54,617 bases of DNA from Myxococcota bacterium (GTDB taxonomy: Bacteria > Myxococcota_A > UBA796 > CAJQPC01). Position numbers and translations under genes: made by a program. Each line of letters opens with the position of its first letter. The stretch's first letter is position 1. Shown piece by piece: positions 44,062 through 54,014 of the stretch. The stretch lies in contig DASCPX010000002.1 in NCBI GenBank assembly GCA_036012755.1, forward strand, positions 1 to 54,617, given 5' to 3'. The notes below the pieces were generated by a model. The model made no database searches. It was not told where the DNA came from and worked only from the letters and a program-made list of their open reading frames with translations.

Positions 44062-45552
44062 GTGCTGATCTCTGCCTTCCTCGCCAGCGCGGCGGCGACT
44101 ACCTATGGGCCGGCCTTCGAACAGGCCGCCGAGGAATTCCAGGTCCCCGAGCCGCTGCTGGTCGCGCTCGCCTACGAAGCCAGCCGCATCGACCCGGACG
44201 CAGCCAGCGCCTGGGGGGGCTACGGCATGTTCGATTTCCGCGAAGACGACGAGTCCTTCGGTCCGGGCATCGAGCGCGCCAGCGTCCTCCTCGATACGTC
44301 CCCGGACGACCTCATGGTCGACCCCGTGCTCCAGATCCGCGGCGCCGCGGCGCTGTTGGCCTGGCACGGTGACGGCGAGGACGTAGGTGACCTCGAGGCT
44401 TGGGCGGACCCGATCCGCGCTTTCTCGGGCAGGCAGGAGCCGGAGCTCCAGCGCATGTTCGTCGAGTACATCTACGAGCTGGTCGATCAAGGCATCTACA
44501 CCGAAGAGGCCCGGGTCCTGCCGCAGGGAATCGACTTCGCAGAGGTCGTCGTCCCAGCTCCCCCGGCGGACTACGCCGGCGCCTACCAGTTCGTCGCAGC
44601 GAGCAGCAGCAACTACACGAACTCGAGTCGCTCTTCCAGCGACATCCGGTACATCGTCATCCACACGGTCCAGGGCAGCTACTCGGGCTGCATCAGCTGG
44701 TTCCAGAACAGCGCCGCGAGCGTCTCGGCCCACTACGTCGTGCGCTCCAGCGACGGCCAGGTCACGCAGATGGTGTGGGAGGAGGACACGGCGTGGCACG
44801 CCGGCAACTGGTCCTACAACCAGGCCAGCGTCGGCATCGAGCACGAGGGCTACGTCGACGCCCCCGACACCTGGTACACCGACGCCATGTACGAGAGCTC
44901 CGCGGCGCTGTCTGCGGACATCATCGATCGGACCGCGGTGGTGGCCGACCGCAGCCACGTCATCGCCCACTCAGAGATCCCCGGGGCGACCCACACCGAT
45001 CCGGGCTCGGGCTGGGACTGGGACCGCTACATGGATCTCATCGACGGAGGCGGCGGCACCACCACCCCCTCCGCGGAGCTGCTCGGTGTGATCGCGGACG
45101 AGGACATCTACGAGGGCGACCGGCTCGCTGGAGTCACGGTCGTGCTCGACCAGACAGGCGAGACGACCACCACCGACGGCGACGGCTACTACCGCTTCAC
45201 GGAGCTGGGCGCGGGCACCTGGTCCGTGACCGTGACGGCCAGCGGCTTCGAGGACGGCTCCTGCTCGAAGGACATCACCACCAGCAGCGCCCAGTGGTGG
45301 TGTTCTGTCGCGCTGGACCCCGCCGAGGAGGAGGAGGAGCCCGTCGACACGGGTGAACCCCAGCAGGACGACACCGGCGTCGAGCAGGCCCCCAGGCACA
45401 ACGGCGGGGGAGACGGACAGCGCGATCACGGTATCGGCGAGCCCGGGCCGAAGAAGCGGTTGGGCGGCTGCAGCACGGCTCCGGCGCCGGCGGGGCTTGC
45501 GTTGTTGGCGCTGCTCCTGCACCGTCGTCGCCGATGTTCCCCCTCTTCCTGA
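44062..45552 (+). CDS. N-acetylmuramoyl-L-alanine amidase (Amidase_2) with an N-terminal lysozyme-like region, a carboxypeptidase-regulatory-like domain and MYXO-CTERM
   Basis: IVIHT, SAHY, AWHAGN, SVGIEHEG and HTDPG motifs; C-terminal GGCSTAPAPAGLALLALLLHRRRR. Confidence 0.9.
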   Translation: MLISAFLASAAATTYGPAFEQAAEEFQVPEPLLVALAYEASRIDPDAASAWGGYGMFDFREDDESFGPGIERASVLLDTSPDDLMVDPVLQIRGAAALLAWHGDGEDVGDLEAWADPIRAFSGRQEPELQRMFVEYIYELVDQGIYTEEARVLPQGIDFAEVVVPAPPADYAGAYQFVAASSSNYTNSSRSSSDIRYIVIHTVQGSYSGCISWFQNSAASVSAHYVVRSSDGQVTQMVWEEDTAWHAGNWSYNQASVGIEHEGYVDAPDTWYTDAMYESSAALSADIIDRTAVVADRSHVIAHSEIPGATHTDPGSGWDWDRYMDLIDGGGGTTTPSAELLGVIADEDIYEGDRLAGVTVVLDQTGETTTTDGDGYYRFTELGAGTWSVTVTASGFEDGSCSKDITTSSAQWWCSVALDPAEEEEEPVDTGEPQQDDTGVEQAPRHNGGGDGQRDHGIGEPGPKKRLGGCSTAPAPAGLALLALLLHRRRRCSPSS

Positions 45553-46046
45553 TCGCTTGCCCTCCGAAGGGGCCCCAAGGTGTGCACATCACGGTCACGG
45601 AAGACCAGTTCGACCTGCGTCCCGAGCGCGACGAGATGCTCGCCGTGCTCGACGCGGCCGCGCCGGAGGTCGAGTCCTGCTACCTCACCGAGCTCAGGGT
45701 GGACGCTCGGTCCTACGGGGATCTCGTCTTCGTCGCGACCCTGGCCGCCGACGGGAGCGTCCAGGACGTCGAGGTCAGCCTCTCCACGATGTCCCGCCGC
45801 ATGGACCGCTGCGTCGCTGCGGTCTTCATTCAGCTCGAGTTCCCGGCGCCGGTCGAGGCCGGCACGACCATGCGCTACCCGCTCGTCTTCACCACCGAGC
45901 TGACCCCTCCGGAGGTCGCCCGCGCCCTGAAGCTCAAGCACGGCCTGATCGACGCGGAGCAGGAGGCCCTGGAGGCCGAAGAGGCCGCGCTGGACCCCAA
46001 GAAGCGTGAGGAGCAGGGCGAGCGGGGCTGGACGGACTCTTGGTGA
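45534..46046 (+). CDS. Lipoprotein with an AgmX/PglI-type TonB C-terminal-like domain
   Basis: MFPLFLIA|C start; VESCY...DGSV...CV...LEFPAP...YPLVF pattern. Confidence 0.75.
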   Translation: MFPLFLIACPPKGPQGVHITVTEDQFDLRPERDEMLAVLDAAAPEVESCYLTELRVDARSYGDLVFVATLAADGSVQDVEVSLSTMSRRMDRCVAAVFIQLEFPAPVEAGTTMRYPLVFTTELTPPEVARALKLKHGLIDAEQEALEAEEAALDPKKREEQGERGWTDSW

Positions 46047-48529
46047 CCCTGCTCCTGGCTTGCGTGAGCCTCCAGCTCGACGCGCCGGTCGATCATCCGC
46101 ACGTCGTCTATGACCCCGGCGGCGGTGACATCCCCCTGCCGAACGACCTCGTGGTGGAAGACGGGCACCTCGCGCTCCCGACGGACGACGAAGAACTCAG
46201 CGCGGTCGAGGCCGACCTGCGACGGCAGCTCAACGAGCTCGATGGCTGGCCGACGGTCAGCGATGTCGGCTTCTCCCTTTCGCACGAGCTCGGCAGCCTC
46301 GACGGCATCTCCGTGTGGGAGTGGGGCGCGAACCCCGAGATCGTGCCGGTCGATGTCGTCGTCGACGGGACAGAGGTCGAGCTCGCTCACCCCCTTGGTG
46401 GCTGGGAGCGAGGCGGCACCTACCTGGTCGTGGTCGACGAGCGCCTCTCCACCAGCGACGGCAGGGGCTTCGGGCCAGACGCTGCCTTCTGGTACCTGCG
46501 CGCCGAAGAGGACCTGACCGAGCACCCAGACGCCTTCCCCGGCGCCACGGAGGCCGAGCGCCTCGACACCGCCGCGGAGCTCGAGGACAAGCGCCGGGAG
46601 CTGGCGCCCTTCCTGGACTTCGCAGACGACCAGGGCCTGCCCCGAGACCGGGTCGCGGCGGCGTGGACCTTTACGACGACCTCGCGCGTCGAGGTGGCGA
46701 TGGACCCGGACGGCGCCCGCGTCCCGCTGCCCTTCGACCTGCTGATCGATCCGGCCACGGGCCTCGTCGATCTGCCGCCCTCCGATGACGACTCCGAGGT
46801 CGAGGCGGATGCGAAGCTCGTCGCGAACACATTGGATGGCTTCGGGCTCAACGCCAACCTGCTCTTCGACACCACCGACGTGGTCGTCGAGGACACGGCG
46901 GACATCACGCTCTACGCCATCGACCAGACGCCGGTGTCCATGGGGCTCGACGTGCGGGTGATGGAGGGGGAGCACCTCGTCCTGGAGCCTCACGATCTGC
47001 CGCTTCACCCAGGCACCACCTATGCGCTGGTGGTCCGCGGACTGAAGGACGAAGCGGGCGAGGACGTCGTGCCGATGCCCCTGGGCATGCTGGTCGCCAG
47101 CGACGCCCCGCTGGTGGTCGACGGCGAGGTGCAGCTCGACATGGAGCTGGAAGACGCCGAGCGCATCGAGATGGCCCGCCTCGAGCTCGACCCGCTGCTC
47201 GACAGCCTGGGACGGGACGATGTCATCGCCGCCTGGCCCTTCCGCACGCTGGATCCGCTGCCGGCTCAGCAGCGCTCGGCGCGCATGGCGGAGACCCTGG
47301 ACCTCGAGGTGGGCCTGACGGTCTCCTCGCGCCTGCCGGCCTACGACCTGATCTGGGACGACGCGCTGTCCGAGCTCTTCCCGGGCGTCCTGAACCCGGC
47401 GCCTGCGGTCTATGCAGGGCGGGTCTGGGGTGTCCACGAGGTCGTCCAGGGCACCCTGAACACGGCGACCTTCCTCGACCCCGAGACCAGGCGGTGGACC
47501 GCCGAGCACACCGTGGAGCCGATCGGCTACCTCGCCATCATCCCGGAGACTCCCGACCCGGAGCTCCCGGTCATCATCTTCGGCCACGCCATCGTGACCG
47601 ACCGCCGCTTCCTGCTGACCATCGCCGGGGAACTCGCACAGCGCGGCTTCTACAGCGTCGCCATCGACTTCCCCTTCCACGGTCCCAGGACCGTCTGCGT
47701 CGAGTCCTCGCTGGTCGCCGTCCCGAACTTCATTCCAGAGGAGCTCCAGGACGACTTCGGCTACGAGGAGTCGATCATCTGGCTGCCTCCCTGCGCCAGC
47801 GGCGAAGACGCCTCCTGCTCACCGACCGGTGAGTGCCTCGACGCCGAGGGCAACCCAGAGGACTTCAGCGTCTTTCCCCTGATCGACATGTACCCGGCCT
47901 CCGGAGCGGCGTTCATGGACATGGACGACCTCCCCCACATCCCCGACCACTTCCAGCAGGCGCTGGTGGACCTCGGCGCGCTGCGTTGGGCGATCGCCAG
48001 CGGCGCCTTCGACGAGGTCTTCGGACAGAGCGTGCCGCGGGACCGCTTCTACTACGCGGGGCAGTCGCTCGGTTCGATCATCGGCATCGACTTCGTCGCC
48101 CACACCCCGGAGATCGAGCGCGCGGTCTTCAACGTCCCTGGCGCCGACCTCGTCGATCTCTTCCGCTACTCCGACTACTTCGGGCCTCAGATCGACTACT
48201 GGACGGAGACCCACGAGCTCGAGGAGGGGAGCTACGAGCAGGAGCGCATGCTGAACGTCGCCAAGTGGCTCGTGGACGCTGTCGACCCGACGAGCAACGG
48301 CTACGGCTACGCCGAGGACCCCCGGCCCGTCCTGCTGCAGATCGACAAGATCGACGAGGAGACCGGGGACATCATCATTCCGAACTTCACCTCAGAGGGC
48401 TTCCAGGCCCAGAGCGGGCACCAGCTGGAGACCTACCCGAGCGTCTTGCACGCGGACCTCATCATGCCCGTGTTGGGTGATGCCATGCTCGAGGACCTGG
48501 CGGACTTCCTGGAGGACGGGGATCTGTGA
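46040..48529 (+). CDS. Extracellular lipase (Pla-1/VolA-like: N-terminal Ig-like regions plus an alpha/beta hydrolase domain)
   Basis: IPLPNDL and VPLPFDL repeats; IIFGH, AIDFPFHG, GQSLG nucleophile elbow, DAVDP. Confidence 0.78.
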   Translation: MVTLLLACVSLQLDAPVDHPHVVYDPGGGDIPLPNDLVVEDGHLALPTDDEELSAVEADLRRQLNELDGWPTVSDVGFSLSHELGSLDGISVWEWGANPEIVPVDVVVDGTEVELAHPLGGWERGGTYLVVVDERLSTSDGRGFGPDAAFWYLRAEEDLTEHPDAFPGATEAERLDTAAELEDKRRELAPFLDFADDQGLPRDRVAAAWTFTTTSRVEVAMDPDGARVPLPFDLLIDPATGLVDLPPSDDDSEVEADAKLVANTLDGFGLNANLLFDTTDVVVEDTADITLYAIDQTPVSMGLDVRVMEGEHLVLEPHDLPLHPGTTYALVVRGLKDEAGEDVVPMPLGMLVASDAPLVVDGEVQLDMELEDAERIEMARLELDPLLDSLGRDDVIAAWPFRTLDPLPAQQRSARMAETLDLEVGLTVSSRLPAYDLIWDDALSELFPGVLNPAPAVYAGRVWGVHEVVQGTLNTATFLDPETRRWTAEHTVEPIGYLAIIPETPDPELPVIIFGHAIVTDRRFLLTIAGELAQRGFYSVAIDFPFHGPRTVCVESSLVAVPNFIPEELQDDFGYEESIIWLPPCASGEDASCSPTGECLDAEGNPEDFSVFPLIDMYPASGAAFMDMDDLPHIPDHFQQALVDLGALRWAIASGAFDEVFGQSVPRDRFYYAGQSLGSIIGIDFVAHTPEIERAVFNVPGADLVDLFRYSDYFGPQIDYWTETHELEEGSYEQERMLNVAKWLVDAVDPTSNGYGYAEDPRPVLLQIDKIDEETGDIIIPNFTSEGFQAQSGHQLETYPSVLHADLIMPVLGDAMLEDLADFLEDGDL

Positions 48530-49680
48530 TCCTCTGGATCTCGGCCGCCCTCGCCGGCGGCTACGAAGTCGCCCAGCAGGGTGTGCGCGCCGGAGGCATG
48601 GCCCACGCCGGGACCGCGGCGGTCGCAGCCGAGAGCGCCTGGTACAACCCGTCGGCGCTGACCGACGGAGTGCCTCGCTTCGGTCTGAGCGGGGTGGTCG
48701 CCAACCCGCGCATCCAGAGCCGGGCAGAAGCAGAGGTCTACGAGACCATCGGCGGACCCTCCTACATTCCCCAGGTCCACGGGGCCTGGGCCTGGGGCGA
48801 CTGGGCAGCAGGCGCCTCGCTGAACGCGCCCTTCGGTGGTGGCGTGCGGTGGCCCGCCGACTGGCCCGGTCGCTTCGACATCGTCTGCTCGCGCACCCAG
48901 GTCCTGCGCGCCTCGCCGTTTGTCGCCACCCGCCGCGGACCGGTGGCGCTGAGCATCGGTCCCCACCTCGACGCCGGCACCCTGGAGGTCTTCAAGGCCA
49001 CCGATCACGTCAGCGAGGAGGGCACCGCCCACCTGCTCCTCGACGGGCGCGGCGTGGGTGTCGACGCGGCCCTGTTCCTGGACCTCGACGAGGTCGACCT
49101 CGGGGTCTCCTACAAGTCCCGCACCTCGATGCGGCTGTCGGGCCTGGCGGACTTCGACGTGCCGGATCCATTCGCCGCCACCCTGCCCGACCAGACGGTC
49201 GAGGCCGACTGGACCCTCCCCGACCGCCTCGCCGTCGGCGTCGCCTGGCGTGGGCTTCGCCTGGACGCGACCACGACGCTGTGGTCGGTGAACGACGAGC
49301 TCCGCTTCGAGTTCGCGGAGAGCGACGACGCTGTGAACGACTACCGCTGGCGGAACTCTGGTGCCCTGCGCCTCGGCGGAGAGACGGCGCTCCAGGGCTT
49401 CGAGCTGCGGGGCGGGCTGGCGCTCGAGAGGACGCCGGCGCCGGTCGAGACCCTGAGCGCGGCTTCCCCCGACGGGCCCCGCTTTTCACTGACCGTCGGC
49501 GCCGGTCGGGCCCTGACGGATGCACTCCGCGTCGACGCCTTCGTAGAGCACCTGCGCATCCTCGAGCGCCAGAGCGACTCGACCCAGGCGAGCTATGGCG
49601 GCTCTGCCTGGGTCGCGGGTGTGGGGGTCGAAGCTAGGCGCTTCGGCGCTGGGCGTGACGCAGCTTCCGGATCGCCTTGA
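48526..49680 (+). CDS. FadL/OmpP1/TodX family outer-membrane hydrophobic-compound transporter
   Basis: GGYEVAQQG...GMAHAG...WYNPSAL hatch, APFG motif, beta-strands. Confidence 0.85.
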   Translation: MILWISAALAGGYEVAQQGVRAGGMAHAGTAAVAAESAWYNPSALTDGVPRFGLSGVVANPRIQSRAEAEVYETIGGPSYIPQVHGAWAWGDWAAGASLNAPFGGGVRWPADWPGRFDIVCSRTQVLRASPFVATRRGPVALSIGPHLDAGTLEVFKATDHVSEEGTAHLLLDGRGVGVDAALFLDLDEVDLGVSYKSRTSMRLSGLADFDVPDPFAATLPDQTVEADWTLPDRLAVGVAWRGLRLDATTTLWSVNDELRFEFAESDDAVNDYRWRNSGALRLGGETALQGFELRGGLALERTPAPVETLSAASPDGPRFSLTVGAGRALTDALRVDAFVEHLRILERQSDSTQASYGGSAWVAGVGVEARRFGAGRDAASGSP

Positions 49681-50497
49681 TCTCGATCTGGCGGATGCGC
49701 TCACGGGTCAGGTTGAACTTCGAGCCGATCTCCTCGAGGGAGTAGTTCGTGGGCTCGCCGATGCCGTAGCGCATCCGGAGCACCTTCTCCTCGCGGGGGG
49801 TGAGGGTGCAGAGCACCTCCTCGACCTCCTCCTTGGCAGAGGCGAGCTCGAGCTTCTCGTTGGGCGAGACGGCTGCGGGGTTCTCGATGAAGTCGCCGAT
49901 GCTGGAGTCGGAGTCGTCCGAGACCGGCGCGTCGAGGCTCATGGGCTCGCGGGTGAGGCGCATGAGCGGCTCGAGATCCTTGAGCGGGACGTCGAGGTCC
50001 GCTGCGACCTCGCCCAGGGTGGGCTCACGCCCGAAGCGCTGGAAGAGGGCCTTCTGGGTCTGGTGGACCTTGTTGACGACCTCGAGCTTGTAGATCGGGA
50101 TGCGGATGGTGCGGATCTGGCTCTCGATGGCGCGGATGATGGACTGACGAATCCACCAGCTGGCGTAGGTCGAGAACTTGAAGCCCCGCATCGGGTCGAA
50201 CTTCTCGACCGCCTTCATGAGGCCGATGTTGCCTTCCTGGATGAGGTCGGACAGCGGCAGGCCCCGGTAGCTGTACTGCTTGGCGATCGAGACGACGAGG
50301 CGCAGGTTGGCGTTGATGAGCGCCACCTTGGCGAGCTCGGACTCCGGCCCCCCTTCACGGACGCGGCGGGACACCTCGATCTCGTCAGCCCGAGAGAGGA
50401 GGGGAATCGAGCCCATCCTCTTCAGGTACTTGTTGAGAAGGACGTTGGCGCCTGGGTCGTTGTAGCGTCCACTCTTGCGGGGGGCGGCTGCGGCCAT
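49634..50497 (-). CDS. Sigma70-family sigma factor, RpoD/RpoS-like, lacking region 1.1
   Basis: [39 protein letters not shown] and TRERIRQIE motifs. GGAGA SD before the GTG/ATG at 50500/50497. Confidence 0.93.
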   Translation of the reverse strand: MAAAAPRKSGRYNDPGANVLLNKYLKRMGSIPLLSRADEIEVSRRVREGGPESELAKVALINANLRLVVSIAKQYSYRGLPLSDLIQEGNIGLMKAVEKFDPMRGFKFSTYASWWIRQSIIRAIESQIRTIRIPIYKLEVVNKVHQTQKALFQRFGREPTLGEVAADLDVPLKDLEPLMRLTREPMSLDAPVSDDSDSSIGDFIENPAAVSPNEKLELASAKEEVEEVLCTLTPREEKVLRMRYGIGEPTNYSLEEIGSKFNLTRERIRQIEIKAIRKLRHAQRRSA

Positions 50498-50531
50498 CAC
50501 GTCTCCGGTTCGCGGGGGCGGTAGGTCTTCT

Positions 50532-50548
50532 CGCAAGATTCGTGCCAA
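50532..50548 (-). promoter_or_regulatory. Sigma54 (-24/-12) promoter of the sigma factor gene
   Basis: Minus strand TTGGCACGAATCTTGCG = TGGCAC-N5-TTGC, about 35 nt upstream of the ATG. Confidence 0.8.
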
Positions 50549-50687
50549 GTCGACTCCGTGGCGTGGCGACGTGCAGAAGCCCGCGCTTTCGACGCGGATC
50601 CGCTCACTTCCTTCGATCGGAAGGGATCTCCTTGTCCATTAGTCACGACATCGGTGTCGCGCCGATGTTCGGGATTCCGAACGGTGT

Positions 50688-51752
50688 TCAAGATTCTTGA
50701 ACGTGAGCCTCGAGCGCTTCGAAGGGGTCGTCCGCGCCCTTGGTGATGATCTCGATCTGCTCGATGAACGCCAGCAGGTCGCCGTCCACCTGCTCGAGGA
50801 CCGCAGCGAACAGCGCGCTCTTGGTGTTGTAGGTCTTGAACTGGACCATCCGCGCGTTGTTCCAGGTCCCCTGCCGCACCGCCTGGGCGTAGCGCTCGGG
50901 ATCGTGGAAGGGCGCATCTCCGACGCGCTGCTGGAGGTCCTCGCCGAAGAGCCGGCCTTTCGCCGCCAGCCGCTCGGCGTCGGTGAGCGACTCGTCCTCG
51001 TAGACCGCCTGGAGGTCCTTGTAGAGCTCGTGCTGGACCTCGCGGAAGAGGCGACGGTCGGCCTGGAGCTGGACCGCCGCGATCAGGGCGGGGTCGTGAT
51101 GCCCCCTGCGGGCCGCCAGGTAGCGCATGGCCGCGACCTCGCCGACGAAGTTCGCATAGGACTCGTTGAACTTCACGCTGCCTGGCACCCAGAGCGTCGC
51201 GTGCGCCAGCTCGTGCAGCACCGTGTCTGCGAGCTTGTAGTCGGTCCAGCTCAGCATCTTGGGGAGGATCGGGTCCTTGAACCAGCCCAGGGTGCTGTAG
51301 GCCCCCGCCTTGCGGACGTAGGTGTCGAGGCCGTCCGCGCGGAGCTCTGCCTCCAGCTCACGGGCGTCCTCTTCCCGGAAGAAGCCGAGGTAGGGGAAGG
51401 AGCCGACGATGGGGAACCACCACTTCTTGGGCTCGAAGCGGGTGGGGTGGCAGGCGGAGACGTTCCAGATCTGCCGCTCCCAGTCGACGCTGATGGTCTC
51501 GTAGTTGTCCGTCGCGGACAGGCCGATCTCCCCGCCGAAGGCCTTCACGTCGGCGATCAACTCCAGCTTCTCGAGCTCTTCGGGGCTGAGCTCTCCGGTC
51601 GCGCGGACCTCGTCGATGGGCTCCCTGAGGGCGAGGAGCTCGGCCTGGTAGTAGCCGGATCTGAGGAGGTAGCCGACCTTGCACCCTGGGAGCGCGGACA
51701 GCGCGAGGCCGCTTATGACCACCCCTCCGATGAACAGACGACGTCGCGACAT
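50688..51752 (-). CDS. Putative zinc aminopeptidase lipoprotein (DUF2265-like)
   Basis: WWFPIVG, AYSTLGWFKDP, HELAH and FNESYA motifs; lipobox LPGC. Confidence 0.88.
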   Translation of the reverse strand: MSRRRLFIGGVVISGLALSALPGCKVGYLLRSGYYQAELLALREPIDEVRATGELSPEELEKLELIADVKAFGGEIGLSATDNYETISVDWERQIWNVSACHPTRFEPKKWWFPIVGSFPYLGFFREEDARELEAELRADGLDTYVRKAGAYSTLGWFKDPILPKMLSWTDYKLADTVLHELAHATLWVPGSVKFNESYANFVGEVAAMRYLAARRGHHDPALIAAVQLQADRRLFREVQHELYKDLQAVYEDESLTDAERLAAKGRLFGEDLQQRVGDAPFHDPERYAQAVRQGTWNNARMVQFKTYNTKSALFAAVLEQVDGDLLAFIEQIEIITKGADDPFEALEAHVQES

Positions 51753-51820
51753 GCTCTGAGAGCGTAGGCCATTTGACCTGGGCTCGTGCCGCGGTCAGGA
51801 TTCCTCGGACGGAGGACCAG

Positions 51821-52432
51821 TTGTTCGAATTCCTGAAGAGCGGCGGCCCGGTGATGATCTTCATCGGAGCAGCTTCGGTCGTCGGGCTCATGGCCTTCAT
51901 CGAGCGTCTCTGGGCGCTCCGGGCTGACCGGGTGGTGCCAAAGGCCCTGCGCGTCGAGCTCCTCGAGCTGGCGCGGCAGAGGCGCTGGGACGACGCCATC
52001 ACCCTGTGTCGAAAGCAGGAGTCCCCGGTGGCCAACGTGCTCGTCGTCGTCCTGGAGAACCGGCATCGCAGCCGATCTGACGCCAAGGAGCTCGCAGAAG
52101 AGGTCGGAAAGCGCGAGGCCGCCGAGCTGGAGCGCTACTCGGGCATAGTCGGCATCGTGGCCTCGGTCGCGCCGCTGTTGGGACTCCTCGGCACGGTCTG
52201 GGGGATGATCCTGACCTTCCAGGTCATCCAGGACAAGGGCATGGGCCACATCGGCGACCTCGCCGGGGGCATCTCCACCGCGCTGGTCACGACCTTCGCC
52301 GGGCTCTGCGTCGGCATCCCCGCCCTCATCGCCCATCGCTACCTGCTCTCGCGGATCGACGACCTCGTCCTGGAGCTGGAGGAAGCGGCGCTGGACGTGC
52401 TCGACGTCACCTCGATGCCCGAGACAGAGTGA
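51821..52432 (+). CDS. exbB: MotA/TolQ/ExbB proton channel protein
   Basis: APLLGLLGTVWGMI and GISTALVTTFAGL motifs. GGAGG SD before the TTG at 51821. Confidence 0.9.
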   Translation: MFEFLKSGGPVMIFIGAASVVGLMAFIERLWALRADRVVPKALRVELLELARQRRWDDAITLCRKQESPVANVLVVVLENRHRSRSDAKELAEEVGKREAAELERYSGIVGIVASVAPLLGLLGTVWGMILTFQVIQDKGMGHIGDLAGGISTALVTTFAGLCVGIPALIAHRYLLSRIDDLVLELEEAALDVLDVTSMPETE

Positions 52433-52854
52433 ACTTCAAGCGCGAGCGCCGAGAGGAGACGCGGGTCGACGTGACCCCGCTCATCGACATCATCTTCCAG
52501 CTGGTGCTGTTCTTCATGGTGTCCACGACCTTCATCACGGCACCGGGCATCCAGGTCGATCTGCCTCGCAGCAGCTCACAGACCATCCTGCGAGACAAGC
52601 AGGACGTGAACATCTGGATGACCGAAGAGGGCAGCGTCTACGTCGACCAGAAGGCCGTCAGCTTCGAGGAGCTGCTCGCGGTGCTCGACTCGGCCGCGGC
52701 GCGGGACAACACGACGCTGGTGGTGATCAAGGCCGACACCAACGTCGACCACGGTGACGTCGTGCGCGTCATGGACGTCGCTCGACAGCGCGGGCTCTCG
52801 CGGCTCGCCATCGCTACGGACCCCGGGCAGCCAGGATCTGGCGAGGATCCATAG
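52429..52854 (+). CDS. exbD: ExbD/TolR family protein
   Basis: VTPLIDIIFQLVLFFMV, IKAD and VVRVMD motifs. Confidence 0.92.
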   Translation: MNFKRERREETRVDVTPLIDIIFQLVLFFMVSTTFITAPGIQVDLPRSSSQTILRDKQDVNIWMTEEGSVYVDQKAVSFEELLAVLDSAAARDNTTLVVIKADTNVDHGDVVRVMDVARQRGLSRLAIATDPGQPGSGEDP

Positions 52855-52881
52855 CGATACCTCAGGTAAATTATAGGGTCG

Positions 52882-52934
52882 TGTCTTGACAGATCAAGAC
52901 ATTGCTGTATCTTCGAGGAGCTGATCTCTCCTCG
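52882..52934 (+). promoter_or_regulatory. Sigma70 promoter (TTGACA-16-TATCTT) overlapped by inverted repeats
   Basis: TTGACA at 52886-52891 and TATCTT at 52908-52913; TGTCTTGA-caga-TCAAGACA at 52882-52901; CGAGGAG-N7-CTCCTCG at 52914-52934. Confidence 0.65.
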
Positions 52935-52959
52935 CTGATTTCTCGCTGAAGCACCCGCT

Positions 52960-53256
52960 GTGACCTCGACGCTGATTCGCCGGCTCGCCATGAGCGTGGT
53001 GCCCTTCATTCTCATGGGCGCTGTGGTCCTGATGGCTATCTTCGGAGACCACGGGCTCGTCCGCCGGCACGAGCTGCGCCAGCGGCAGGTCGAGATCGAG
53101 CTCCAGGTGGAGCAGCTGGCGGGCGAGAACGCGGAGTTCTCGCGACAGATCCGCCTGTTGGACACCCACCGGATCGGTCTCCGCAGGCTGGCGGCCGAGG
53201 AGCTCCTGATGGCGGGCGAGGGAGCGACGATCTACCGCTTCGCCGAGGCGGACTGA
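52960..53256 (+). CDS. ftsB: Septum formation initiator (FtsB/DivIC family)
   Basis: TM segment, FGDHGL, coiled coil, LAAEELLM...GATIYRF. Confidence 0.8.
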   Translation: MTSTLIRRLAMSVVPFILMGAVVLMAIFGDHGLVRRHELRQRQVEIELQVEQLAGENAEFSRQIRLLDTHRIGLRRLAAEELLMAGEGATIYRFAEAD

Positions 53257-53263
53257 GACCGGA

Positions 53264-54014
53264 TCAGAGGTCCTGGTCGAGGAGCCAGTCCACGAGATCC
53301 TGGTTGGTCTGGCCGTAGTCCGAGCGCCACAGCCAGGTGTGTCCGGCGCCGGAGACCTCGGTGTAGGTCACCTCGAAGCCCGCGGCGTCGAGGTCATCGG
53401 CGAGGGCCTCGCCGTAGGAGGTCGGCACGACGGTGTCCGCGCCCCCGTGGATGACCCAGGCGGGACGCTTCGGGTCGGCGTCCGCGGCGGGTAGCCCCCC
53501 CTGCGCGGGGTCGTAGCCGGCGTTGACGCCGTAGGCCGCAAATGGGCTGGTCCAGCCGATCTGTCCGCTCCCCATGAGCACCAGCGCGGTCATCCCGGCT
53601 CCCCTCGAGTGACCGACCAGGTAGAAGCGCTCGGCGTCGAGGCGGTATCCGCCGTCCAGGTCCTCTAGCAGCCCGTCGAGCAGGTAGATGTCGTTGGCGA
53701 AGGAGCTGGAGTTGCCGTCGGTCCCCGGCCAGCCCTCGTTCGTCTGGACGAACCACCCCTTGTTGTACCCGGTGGGCGCGACCACCAGGAGCGCGTTGTC
53801 GCCAGCGGTCGTCTCCAGCCCGGTGGCGTGGAGGAAGTTCTCGGCCGTGTCTCCTGCGCCGTGCAGGGCGACGAGCACCGGGACCGGCCCTGTCTCCATC
53901 GCGGAGGTCGCAGCCTCTGGGACGAAGACGGTGTAGCTGCGCTCGATGCCGTCGACCTCGAGGGTCTCGGTGAAGCGCCCCGACGGTCCGATTGGGATCG
54001 GGACAAGCGACCAT
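53264..54014 (-). pseudogene. PHB-depolymerase/LpqC-like esterase with a defective 5' end (frameshift or truncation)
   Basis: LHGAG, GHSRG, IHGGADTVVP and GAGHTW motifs are intact, but the SD-backed ATG at 54014 is one base out of frame. Confidence 0.6.

Noticed and set aside
49634..50548. Primary sigma factor rpoD
   Set aside because: The protein is too short, lacks region 1.1, is not next to dnaG, and is preceded by a sigma54 promoter.
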